Assembly: GCA_028534125.1 (NCBI GenBank) | Contig: CM052817.1 | Span: 60,948,001 to 61,012,000, forward strand | From: Lama glama | Taxonomy: Eukaryota | Direction of reading: 5' to 3' | Length of the DNA stretch: 64,000 nucleotides | Shown here: positions 11,747 through 23,499 of the stretch, piece by piece | Layout of the letters: the number at the start of each line of letters is the position of its first letter | Position numbering within the stretch: the stretch's first letter is position 1 | Program-made: the position numbers and the translations under genes | Notes under the pieces: generated by a model | Told to the model about the DNA's origin: nothing | Database searches by the model: none | Seen by the model: only the letters and a program-made list of their open reading frames with translations

Positions 11747-14700
11747 CTTTTTCCCAAGAAGAGAGAAGCAGACAACTTAGCTTCTTGGATCCTATGGACC
11801 TGACTTTGTTGTTTCAGGCCATGGAGCCTGGGACAAGATGCTTGAGGCCTGAGATATTTCAACTCTAAAGTGACACTAGCTGCATTTGGAGGCATAAGGG
11901 GATACAAGTCCAGGAGGTACAAGACCCTCTGGCTGGGTGAGAGAAGTCGAAATCATAACCACTAAGTGCTTGTGAAAAGCAGGAGACAAGTATTTCCTTA
12001 AGCTACAGAAACTCTAAGAGAAATAGAGGGACTGAGTCAGGTTGTCACATGCCCTTAGTTAAAGGTCAGTAAATGAAGTCGCCTCACTGTGAAAACTCAG
12101 CATGAATTTAGAGGGCCATTCATGTTGATGGAAGAGTCAGCCACATATAACCTGACTGAAAAAGTAGTTGTTCCCTTGTTTTGAAAATGATCACTGAGAA
12201 TACAGAGAAAAGAAATTTTATGATTTAGAAGGCAATGGTTTCATGAAAGAGTGGGAGGAACTTCCTTTGATGACTAATTCTTTTATTCCTTCCAAACTCT
12301 TGCCAAACTGCCTCATTCATATTCCCCTGTGTTCCCCTTCTCTTCATCAATGAATGGTCATCTCCTGGTGCTGATGGCAGAGCAGCACTGAGTTAACCGC
12401 CGGGATAGAAACACAAAAACAAAACAGAGTCCCTGTCCTTATAGAACTTAGAAGTTGGTGGAATTTCAGAGTAAACATGCAAAAAAAGCTTTGTCCCCTA
12501 GGTGAGAGTGGCATTCTTGCTACAGAGAGGCCAACCAGCTTTATAGTCTTATGTTTGCTGTCAAATTATTTCATCCACAGATCCAAGGGTACCCTGTTCA
12601 TAGCCTTCATTGCTTCCCTCAAAGAGTTTGCTAATTAGCTCATGCTAATCTTCAAATCAACCGCAATCCCAGTATCTTCCTTTTGAATGCAAAGGATACC
12701 CTTATTTTGTTTCTTATGAAGTTATTAGTGAGAGTATAGTCATAAATTCATACCAGAAGAAACTGAGACTCTGAGAGACATTAAATGGCCTGCAGAAGGT
12801 AAGGTAGCCTCAGTCCCGCAGAGACCATGGCCACAGAAACCCAGGTCTGCTCTGAGTCTAGGGTCAGAGTTCTACCTACCACATTTCACCTGCTTCAGAT
12901 GTATATCTTCACAGCCAGCCATTTTACACCTGCTCCTCCTATTCTTAGTCAGACCTGTTGGCGATGGAGATTCCTAAACTCTTTCAGTATACATTTGTTC
13001 CAGAGAGAGATCATTCTTTGCAAATGCCATGGGCCAGACTCCAATTCCAGGTGGTAAGTTTTAAGAGTACCTGGTTAGAAACACTTTCATTTCAGATGTC
13101 AGCTTTGCTCCTCTGATTCAACTGATACTGGACATGAGTGTCTCTTATTCTGTATAGAAATTCATTTCTGCTCTCATCTGGAAAAATCCATCCAAATACT
13201 AAATACACATGTACGTTAGGGAATGAGACAAAAGACTGTTATGTGAAAGTGTGTCCTGAAGAGTAATGGCCCCAAAGCAGTTCATACCCCGTATTTGTCA
13301 CTCCATCAATGCTTGTAAGGATGGTTAAGAAAGTTGGGCTATAATTTTTATTGTTTCTTTCCGAGGGTGAAGTAAATTAACCTGCTACATTTGTAGCTGT
13401 ATATTCAGTGATAACATGCATTTTTTATTCACTTGGCATCTGAGCTATTGGCTTTTTCCCCTCAAACCTTTTTCCCCTCAAACCTTTTTCCAAGTAAAGG
13501 TTTACCACTGCCTGAGCAGTTTAGTGTCTGAAAAAAATACCTCTTTGTTTTAGAAATTCTGTTCTCTACCTATCACGAATCGGGACTCTTACAGTTCTTT
13601 TTATTCATTGGTTTAAGGCAATCTCTTCTGTATTGCATGTGACTTGGATGCTTTCACAAACCCCTCTCCACAGGAGTGAAGTGGAGAGTAGGGAGTATGT
13701 GAAAAGCAGAAAATATTTCTAATCAAAAAAGGAATGCTTGCAAGCAGTTACATGGGCCACATTTTAAGACCAAGAAATAAACTTTGTGCTTGCTGTCAAG
13801 CCTAGATATTTCCCCACAGGCTATGCACCCCTCACTGCTCCTTCCCACCCACATCCCAGGACAGCTCATAAGGATTTAGTTCAGAGCCCTTTATGCCAAG
13901 ACCTAAATCCAGACTGCCTCCTAACATGCCCCGTGTTATGCTATCACATGACCCACCTGGCCAAACTTCTCCCCACTATTTTGGACTGTCTATATGACTC
14001 CTATATCCAGAAAGGGAGTTCAAAGCTGTGACAAAGGCTCTTTTCCATTTAGCCTTACTCTGAAAACAACCCGAAGGAGTTCACTGGAGGCTAAGAGGCT
14101 ACTTTCCCAATATTTTGTTGAATGTGTCTCTGCTTGTCCCTCCACGGCATCCATTTTGCTATCAACAAAGACAGATGTGACCTACTCAACCCAAGGACAT
14201 TGGCTTTGTTTCAGTGTTGCTCAGCCAAAGACTATGTTAACGAGGGAGCCCTGGCTGCTCAGGGCTATAGAAAGGGAGGAGTTATTTAGTCAGGTCTTTT
14301 GGGGAGAGTCTCTTGGGCACTTTCCCACGTGCTAGGCATTTTAAATGTAGGTTCCTCTCAGTAGGTCCCTCCCAACCCTCACATTCCTGGAAAATAAAGA
14401 AGAAAATAATTCACTTACTAAGTAGGGGTTGTCCTCAAAACTCTATTTTCACCTCTGAGCTCACTTCCTTCCTGGTGCCTCCTTAGTCCTCTAAGGTCAA
14501 GTAAAGATTCATTTTTTTCCTTTTCTCCTGGAATCTCAAGCAAAGTTCCACATATTCCATGGATATTGCTAATTTATTTTTAAAGGGCCAGACACTTGAG
14601 GGTAGGAACCCATACCTCCTTTGACTCTGCCACTGTCCCAGTGGTAGACAGATAACGCCCAGGGAAGAGAGACGTGAGAATTAAGGTCACCCAGGCCTCT

Positions 14701-15059
14701 AAGTGCTCTACAGGCCGCAGAATTCCTTGTCTCACAGTCTCTCTGAATTAGATAGACTCATTAAATTGATTGCAGCCAACACCAGAACCTCTCTCTGTCT
14801 TGAAAACTCCTACAAGGCCTTTCTAACAGGTTGTCCCTGCCCTTCTTTAACTTTTTTCCTAACCCCTGCACTCCCCAGGCTGAGGTAAGTGCTCCCAGCT
14901 GTGTGCTCCAATGGTCCTTTTAACAAGTGCCATTGAAACTATTTTGGAAGAGCTTTTTCATAAACCCTCCATGAGCCGCTGAAGTCAGGGCAAGGTCTTA
15001 TTCACCTTTGTATCTGAGCTTAAAGATCCCCAATACGCCTTTCCAGGATTTATCTGGAA

Positions 15060-16060
15060 CGACCAATGCCTGGAGGCCAGACTTGGAAAGCTGCGGTGGG
15101 GACCCGAGGACGCGAGGCCGCCGCTCGGACCACACCACGCGGTCCCCGGAAGGCCACCGACCTGCCTTTTTATCCTCTTTCCCCCTCACCTTGCCTCTCA
15201 ACTTTTGTTTTCTAGACCATTATTCCCTCCTGCGCACCATCTTCCCTTCCTTTTCATGAGCTCTCGAGGGCTCCTCATTCAACCTCTTCTTTCGCTTTTC
15301 CCTTCCACTGCCCCCAGCCCTGCGTCATCTCTTGGTCCCTTTCCCACTTTTTTCTGCCCCAACCCGCTCTCGACCTTCGGTTCCCAGTACTGATCCTTCT
15401 TAGCTAGTGGTTTTATTTCGCGTCTCTGCTCCTTTGCCAACACAGCCCTAGCCTCATCGCTCTCCAGTCCTCGGGTTCAGCCCTCTTGGCCTCTCGCCTC
15501 CCACAGTCAGGGCAAGACCCGAACAGCCACCTCGCTGCCTGGCGAGCGGACAGCACCGCTTCCTCCCAGCGGCGGGGCGGGGGCTGCTGCTCGTTAACAT
15601 CTTGCAAAGATGGAAAAATCTGCAGCGCCTCCTGTAGGAGCAGCTGCGGGCGTGGTCCCTTAACCCAGGCAGGGGAAGGGAGCAGAGGCGGGAGGTGCAG
15701 GCGGCAGGAGAGAGCCGGGGAAACCGGATCTCCTGTCATTGTGAACTCCCTGCGTTTTTTCTCCCCTATTCTTTTTCCCTCCCCGCTCTCTCCAGACAAA
15801 AATACCCAGCAGTGTTTCGGTGGCTGCGCTGTCGACTTTTGCCTCCTAATCTCGGTTAATCAACTCGGGATCACTGATGCAGGTCAGCATCAGCTCATCT
15901 GCTTGATCAAGAGTCAGAGATCTCTATTTCTTCTGCGGTCAGAATTCTTCCCCGGACAGGCACCTTGCTATAGTAACCTTCACTTAATACTCCCATTATC
16001 TTGAGCATCGGAGCTCACCAACACGGCTTTTCTCAGAAGGATACCTCCGCCGGCCAGCAG
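15060..16060. promoter_or_regulatory. Orphan CpG-rich element ~10 kb downstream of ATOH1
   Basis: Retained CpGs, GC box GGGGCGGGG near 15574, CAGCTG at 15641-15646, CTCF-like GCAGCGCCTCCTGTAGG at 15622-15638. Confidence 0.55.
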
Positions 16061-17084
16061 GACTCAAGGAACAGGCTTCAAGGAACATCTTTTTCAAGTT
16101 CACCTTGACTGCAACCCAAAGAACGTGTTGCTGCTTTCAACACCAAATAGCCACTAAACAATATACTTTTCAGGATAATTTCTCTCTAAAAACAATCCTC
16201 CGTTCTTTCTGTTTCTTTTCATCGTGTATCACTTCAGTTCATTTTCATCTAGGCAATAAATGAAATTCTCCCAAAGACTCTGTCTTCAGTTGATGGGAAT
16301 AATTTCTCATCATGCTTGTAAACTGGTTTGCAGGCCGTTTATAAAGAACAATAGAGGAAATGAAATGAACCTTTCAGAACTGTGTCTTGAAGTTTACCAA
16401 GGTAATTGATCCTTTCACTGGATCCTTCTGAATTTTTCGACAGTAAACTAGTTTCATCCCTAACTGATGGTTTCACCATTATACGTTTCACAGACAACAG
16501 AAGATTTAAATAATTTCAAATTGTACCCCATAAGTAAAAAATGAATGAATGCATAAGACATTTGGTTAACATAATAATACCTGTAGAAATCAGAAGAGAG
16601 AGGGAGAAGGGAGGGAGAGAGGAAAGGAGGGGTGGAAGGAGGGAGGGAGGGGGAGAGAAGAGAGAAAGCTGCTTCAAAACTTGCAGAAGGGATTTGCACC
16701 TGTAGGACCTGAGGTTGCTTAATGCCTGCTCAAGTCTAGAGGTATTCACCAGGACAGCTGGCAAACAGGGGGTTAATCATTACAGAAAATGATGCATCAT
16801 ATCTTTTCAGTTTGCTTTATACAGAAGGGCAGTAAAGATTTATGCTTTAGCAGGATTAAATGTATTTTCAGAGTATGGTTGCCTCCTTTGAAAGTTTAAT
16901 TTCTAAGGAAATGTAGATAGATCATCTGTGTTAAAGACCATCCCTAGCTCTCCTTAGAAGAGCTCTGATTCTGGGAGAAGATTACTTGGTCTTCTTAGGC
17001 TATATGAAAATTTCTTAGGTTCCTGAGACGTTCCAACATCAAAGGCTTATAAAAATATTGAACTGTAGTAACATTTTTGCCATT

Positions 17085-17205
17085 TATGAAATTGAAGTAT
17101 AGATGATTTACAGTGTTGTATTAGTTTCTGGTGTACATACAGCATAGTGAGTCAGTTATACAAATGTATATACACATTCCTTTTTGGATTCTTTTTCATT
17201 ACAGG
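17085..17205 (-). mobile_element. Short 5'-truncated L1 3' end
   Basis: aattgaagtatagatgatttacagtgttgtattagtttctggtgtaca is the same family end as at 45355. Possible TSD gtag(ta/agtg)acattttt. Confidence 0.7.
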
Positions 17206-18364
17206 TAGAGTGACATTTTTAAAAGAAAAAATATTCTAGATATTTCATTAAATTAGGTAACAGTTTTGGGCTAAATTAGTTTACTTTCTTGCAATGTTTA
17301 AAAAAGAGAGTTTCATCCTCCAATAGTCAAATTACTGCTAATCATATATTAATTTAGATAAATTTAATAAACCTTTTTCTCATAGAGATGATGCTTACTT
17401 CTGTCTTATATTTGTGGACAATTAATTCATGGATCTAAATAATATAGGTATCTCTTATTACTATATATTTCTCTGGTATTGTGTTTTCCACTTCCAGTAA
17501 AGCAAGGTTGAAAGAGCTTTCTGTCACCAGCCAGTTATTAACAAAAACAGTATTCATTGCATTCTGCTTTTAGGCAGCATCTGAAGCTCCCTGCAGTTGG
17601 AGCCTGTGATTATTAACTCACTTCCCACCAGTATCTTATACAGGCCCATTATCTACTGTCAATATTTTTAGAGCCTATGAGGAGAAGTCCTGCTTACTTC
17701 CTGTTAGAAGGGAGGTGACAGGGTTTTTTCTTCTTTTTTTAAGTAGATAAATATGTACTCTACAAATATGTTTGACTGAGGAGGGGAAAAGGGAGGGAAA
17801 GGGGAGCCTAGCATCTGCTGTCTCGCAGGCTCATTGTGTGGTTAATAATTGCTCTAGAATAGTTTTACAGGGTGTAGGCTTTCAGAAATATGGAGTCCTG
17901 AAAGATCCAGGCCTGACAACTTTTTTCAGTTCTGTTCACACACCAAACCCCAGACCATTGGTAAGGTTTCATTGTTGTTGATGTTTTTTCTAACCTCACC
18001 TCTGTGTAAATCATGTTGCTTTGAGAAATCTCTTAAGGTACATTTTCCTGAAAGGGATGAACTGGTGTGTGATTTCCTCATTCAAGAGAATGGAGCTTCA
18101 CAACATTAGACTGTCAAAGGGATAGATTATGAACACAAGGTTAGTGTTGTCAAGGCTCTACTTTGTTTGAATAAACATTAAAAAAAGTTTATGCAAACAC
18201 AGCCGTTAGTTCAAAGTATGTGTTTTATTACTTATTTTTTAAAATTTACATATATGTACTGTTCATTGTTTTAAAGTATGTACTTTAAAAAGTGACACTT
18301 ATTACCTTCCTGTATTCTCTATCTCATGGCTACTCTGATCAATTAAAAGACTGTGGCACTCAAT

Positions 18365-19195
18365 CCAGTCAGGATGGCCATCATTCAAAAGTTCATGAAC
18401 AACAAATGCTGGAGAGGGTGTGGAGAAAAGGGAGCCCTCCTACACTGCTGGTGGGAATGCAGTTTGGTGCAGTGATTATGGAAAACAGTACGGAGATTCC
18501 TCAAAAGACCAAAGGCAGACTTACCATATGATCCAGCAACCCCGCTCCTGGGGATATATCCAGGGGAACTTTAATTCAAAAAGATACATACACCCCAGTG
18601 TTCATAGCAGCACAATTTACAATAGCTAAGACATGGAAATGACTTAAATGTCCATTGACAGATGACTGGGTAAAGAAGCTGTGGTATATTTATACAATGG
18701 AATACTACTCAGCCATAAAAATAATAAAATAACATCATTTGCAGCAACATGGATGGATCTGAAGATTGTCATTCTAAGTGAAGTAAGCCAGAAAGAGAAA
18801 GAAAAATACCATATGATATCACTCATATGTGGAATCTGAAAAAAAAAAAGGAAAACAAACTTATTTACAAAACAGAAACAGACTCACAGACATAGAAAAC
18901 AAACTTATGGTTACCTTGGGGGAAAGAGGGTGGGAAGGGACAAATTGGAAGTTAGAGATTTGCAGATACTAACTACTATATATAAAATAGATAAACAACA
19001 AGTTTCTTCTGTATAGCCCAGGGAGCTATATTCAATATCTTCTAGTAACCTATGATAAAAAAGAATATGAAAATGAATATATGTATGTTCATGTATAACT
19101 AAAACATGCTGTATGCCAGAAATTGACACATTGTAAACTGAGTATACTTCAACAAAAAAAATATATATAGCAAAAAATTTTGTTTTTAAAAAAAT
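18365..19195 (+). mobile_element. 5'-truncated lineage L1 (ORF2 C-terminus and 3' UTR)
   Basis: ORF2 Cys-rich C-terminal sequence (aaatgctggagagggtgtggagaaaagggagccctcctacactg), then 3' UTR and A-rich tail. Confidence 0.92.
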
Positions 19196-19519
19196 CAGAT
19201 ATTTCAGTGAATGTCTAAGGACCTATTTGCTAGGAAAAGTGTGATCTGCCCTGGAATTAAGTAAAATGTCAAGCTTCATCTCCGAAAGCTTGGGCCAATG
19301 TTTTCTGTATCTCTGAGGGAATATATCCATTTAATTTAATGACCTCCAAGTAAGTTCACTTTATAGAGTTAAATCACAAAAGGGTGCTGATGTTAGATGA
19401 ATTCATGTTAGCCACTAATTCCCAGAAATCCCGTGTTCTTTCATAAATAACACTTTTCATCTGCAAAGCACTATGCCATTTATAATTTCTCCCCCATGAA
19501 GTGTGTTATATTTAAGGCT

Positions 19520-19862
19520 ATACTCTAAATAGCCCCAGCTTTCTTCCATGGTAGGTTCATGCTTCCTGACCTCTCTGTGATTGAATGGGGCCAGTGAATT
19601 AGGAGTAGAAGTGATGTGTGTCAGCTTCAAGCAGATGATGTGATTACCTCTAGATCTTTCTTTCCCTCTGCATCTGGTTTCTAGCAATATTTGAGATGAT
19701 GGCCACTGTGTCATTCTGGTTTCTTAAGTATCACAAACTAAGCTCTAACTGACCTGTTGCTTTGTATTATGAACAAGAAATAAAGTTTTGTTGCTTAGGT
19801 CACTGAGACTTTTGGTCTTATTTGTTACCACAGCATAACCTGGCCTTATCTGACTGACACAT
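19520..19862 (+). mobile_element. MLT1 (ERVL-MaLR) LTR fragment
   Basis: Ends aataaag...tttgttaccacagcataacctggccttatctgactgacaca, an MLT1-type 3' end. Confidence 0.65.
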
Positions 19863-19984
19863 ACATGATTCTCATGTTTTATCTTATTATAAAAATATTT
19901 AATATATAATTCACATATACATACAAATACATATGTAAATATACATATATATAAAATATATATCTTATATATGATCTTACATGA

Positions 19985-20150
19985 TTCTCACAATAACCCC
20001 TGAGGTAAAAAGCTCAAGTTTAATGGTTCTTTCCCCTTTTATAGATAAGGCTACTGAGGCTCAGAGCGGTAAATACTTTGCTCCACATACACAGAATTAA
20101 TAAGTGAAAAAAACTCAGAATGAAAATTAGATTTATTGACTTCACATATA
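19985..20150 (-). mobile_element. MIR SINE
   Basis: attctcacaataacccctgaggta...actgaggctcagagcggtaaatactttgc core. Confidence 0.6.
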
Positions 20151-20360
20151 CTGTTCTTTTAAAAGATATAACTCTAAACACAGAAAGAACCTTCCACTTC
20201 TAATTCTTGACAGAAACATTTTCAACTTGAAAATTTTCAAAGTTGAATATTGTGGGTCATAATTTATATTAAAAATATCCTAATTCACCAGAATATTTCA
20301 TGTCATCCCACATCTCTGAAAATTTGCTATCGTTTGGGGGATTTTGTCTTGTTTTTAAAC

Positions 20361-21735
20361 CTTTTTTTTTAAATTGATGTACAGTCCATTTACAATGCTG
20401 TGTCAGTTTCTGGTGTACAGCACAATGCTTCAGTCATACATAAACACACATATATTTGTTTTCATATTCTTTTTCATTATAGGTTGCTATAAGATATTGA
20501 ATATAGTTCCCCATGCTACACAGAAGAAATTTGTTGTTTCTCTATTTTATATACAGTAGTTAGTATCTGCAAATCTCAAACTCACAACTCCCATTTTACC
20601 CCTTCCCATTCCTGTCTCCCTGGTAACCATAAAATTGTCTTATATGTCTGTGAGTCTGTTTCTGTTTTGTAAATAAGTTCATTTGTGCCTATTTTTTTTT
20701 AGATTCCACATATAGGTGATAACATATGGTATTTTTCTTTCTCTTTCTGGCTTACTTCACTTAGAATGACAATCTTCAGATCCATCCATGTTGCTGCAAA
20801 TGATGTTATTTTATTATTTTTTATGGCTGAATAACATTCTATTATTTAAATATACCACAGCTTCTTTACCCAGTCATCTGTCAATGGACATTTAAGTCAT
20901 TTCCATGTCTTAGCTATTGTAAATTGTGCTGCTATGAACACTAGGTTGTATGTATCTTTTTGAATTAAAGTTCCCCTGGATATATCCCCAGGAGCGGGGT
21001 TGCTGGATCATATGGTAAGTCTGCCTTTAGTCTTTTGAGGAATCTCCGTACTGTTTTCCATAATCACTGCACCAAACTGCATTCCCACCAGCAGTGTAGG
21101 AGGGCTCCCTTTTCTCCACACCCTCTCCAGCATTTATTGTTCATGAACTTTTGAATGATGGCCATCCTGACTGGTATAAGGTGATACCACTTTGTAGTTT
21201 TGATTTGCATTTCTCTGATAATTAGCAATACTGAGCATTTTTTCATGTGCCTATTGGCCATTTTTATGTCTTCATTAGAGAATTGCTTGTTTAGGTCTTC
21301 TGCCCATTTTTGGATTAGGTTTTTTTTTTTCCTTATTAAGTTGTATGAGCTGTTTATATATTCTTTCAGTCTCATCTTTTGCAAATATTTTCTCTCATTC
21401 TGCACATTGTCTTTTTGTTTTGCTTATAAAGTTTTTTTTTTGCTTAATTAGGTCTGATCTGTTCATTTTTTATTTATTTCTATTGCCTGGGTAGACTTCC
21501 CTAGAAGAACATTCCTAAGATTTATGTCAGATAATGTTTTGCCTATGTTTTCTTCTAAGAGTTTTGTAGCGTCTTGTCTTATGTTTAAGTCTTTAAGCCA
21601 TTGTGAGTTTATTTTTATGTACAGTGTGAGGGAGTGTTCTAACTTCATTTACATGCAGCTGTCCAGTTATCCCAATACCATTTGCTGAAGAGACTGTCTT
21701 TACTCCATTTTATGTTCTTGTCTCTTTTATCAAAC
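20361..21735 (-). mobile_element. 5'-truncated lineage L1 (distal ORF2 and 3' UTR), inverted relative to the 18365-19195 copy
   Basis: Poly-T tail at 20362. Minus-strand ORF pieces [27 protein letters not shown]...IIREMQIKT and LKDLNIRQD..KLLEENIGKTL are L1 ORF2. Confidence 0.95.
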
Positions 21736-21989
21736 ATGGATCTTGATACAATAGAATTTCTTTCTGTGTTCTTGAAGGAGCAAAAATAGTGATAAATAAT
21801 CACTGCATGTATCATTTATGGCTAAATCAATCATCTCCAAGATTAAGTAGCAGTCAATTTTAGTTAGCATTGCACAGTGAGACAAATATATTAAAGTGCT
21901 GATAATCTCTCCTTTGGGAATATTTTTCATGGTGAGATTGTGGCTCAATTCACAATTCAGGTGGACGGACCCATTTTGCCTAAGATTTC

Positions 21990-22275
21990 AGGGTGGGGAT
22001 GCGAATTGGTGAGAGATGCTGATGACGTGGATCAGGTAGTTAGTGTGATTGGTGAGAACTTATCAAATTTTGGACATAGTTTAAACGTATAGACAACAGA
22101 ATTGGCTGACATTCTGAAAATGAGACGTGAGAGAAAGAGAGGGGACTAAGATCACATCAAAGTTTTTGGTCTGAGCAACTGGAAGAATAGAATTGCCATT
22201 AGCTGAGATAAGAAAGACAGAAAAAGAAACAGTTTGGGTGTGATGGGCAGGAGGCTCGGTTTGGACATGTTAACT
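21990..22275 (-). mobile_element. L2 fragment
   Basis: ttttggtctgagcaactggaagaatagaattgccattagctgagat...tttggacatgttaa. Confidence 0.65.
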
Positions 22276-22439
22276 CTTCTTTAAGGAGCTCTTGGTGACG
22301 TCTCTGCTCTGAATATCAAGAAGGAAGAATCTGTTTGAACAAAAACAGAATGAAGTTTAATTAACTTTAAAGAAGCAGTAGTGGAAAGAATCCAATGTAT
22401 CATTAGGAAACCTGGATTCTAATTGCTTAATACTTAGGC

Positions 22440-22630
22440 ATCTGGGTTCAAATTCTGACATAACCACTTCCAATACGGTGTGACCTTGAATAAGTTACTT
22501 AAACTCCCTAGAGAGTTTTGCTTCCTCATTTGTCAAGTGGGTGTAAGAATTTTACTACTTGATAGATTTATCCACATCATGGGCTTTACACAGTGCATTG
22601 CACATAATAAGCAGACAGTAAATCTTTGCT
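22440..22630 (+). mobile_element. MIR SINE
   Basis: ctgggttcaaattctga...gtgtgaccttgaataagttacttaaactc core. Confidence 0.65.
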
Positions 22631-23499
22631 GGTATTTACCAAAGCAACAACATGACTTGTCCCTTTTGCTAGACTGAGAGCTCATTAAATACAGAGGTGT
22701 CTCTCAATCTCCCTTTATTTGCTACCCCTAGCAAAACATTTGGAATATAGTAACTATTAAATTAATGAGAAACTGCAGCTGAGCGGAGCTGAGAAAGGCT
22801 GGAACAAGAACCCCTTCCCTAGCACTGGCCATTTGGCCATCATTCTAGCTAAATGCAGGTAGCACTGATGGGGACAGATTTATATAGGTGTTAGAGATTG
22901 AACAGATCTTTGACTGTAGAATTGGGAGGAAAGATATGTCAGGTAAAAGGAAGAGTCCAAAGAAAAGCAGAGAAACGGCGAGATGTGTAATATTCTCTGT
23001 GCTCAGATTCCTCAGCACTTAATTAAACCTCTGTTATGGCCACAGCACACTACTCATGTGTATTGTCACCTGGGCTATACCATCAAGAGGGAAACATGAA
23101 AGAGGATGAATCAGAATAACCTTAAGTGGTGTTGTGGTATAAAGAACACACCTTGGAATTGAGAGACTCGACTTCTCATCATTTCTCTAATAAGTTTAGA
23201 CTCTTTGAATCTTGGTTCCTATATCTACTCAAACTTACAGGATTGTTGTGAGGATCAAATGATATCATTCACGTGACATTTACTAGTAAATTTATAAATT
23301 GATTTGTAAATTGCAAAGAGCTATTAAAGTACAATGGAAACCCTAAACTTGAGCAATAAATTGTGGATTAAGAGTACTTGAGAAAGGTTGCAAGTTCTAG
23401 GGAAGAATTAAGCACACTCTGCCCTGAATGCAAGTGTAAATACGGAAGCAGCTGTATGAAGATGCTGAAGAGAAAATTTTAGCAGGAAGACTGTGGGAA

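Noticed and set aside
15413..16004. 172-aa and 128-aa ORFs in the downstream CpG-rich element
   Set aside because: No domain resemblance or clear splice structure; explained by GC content.
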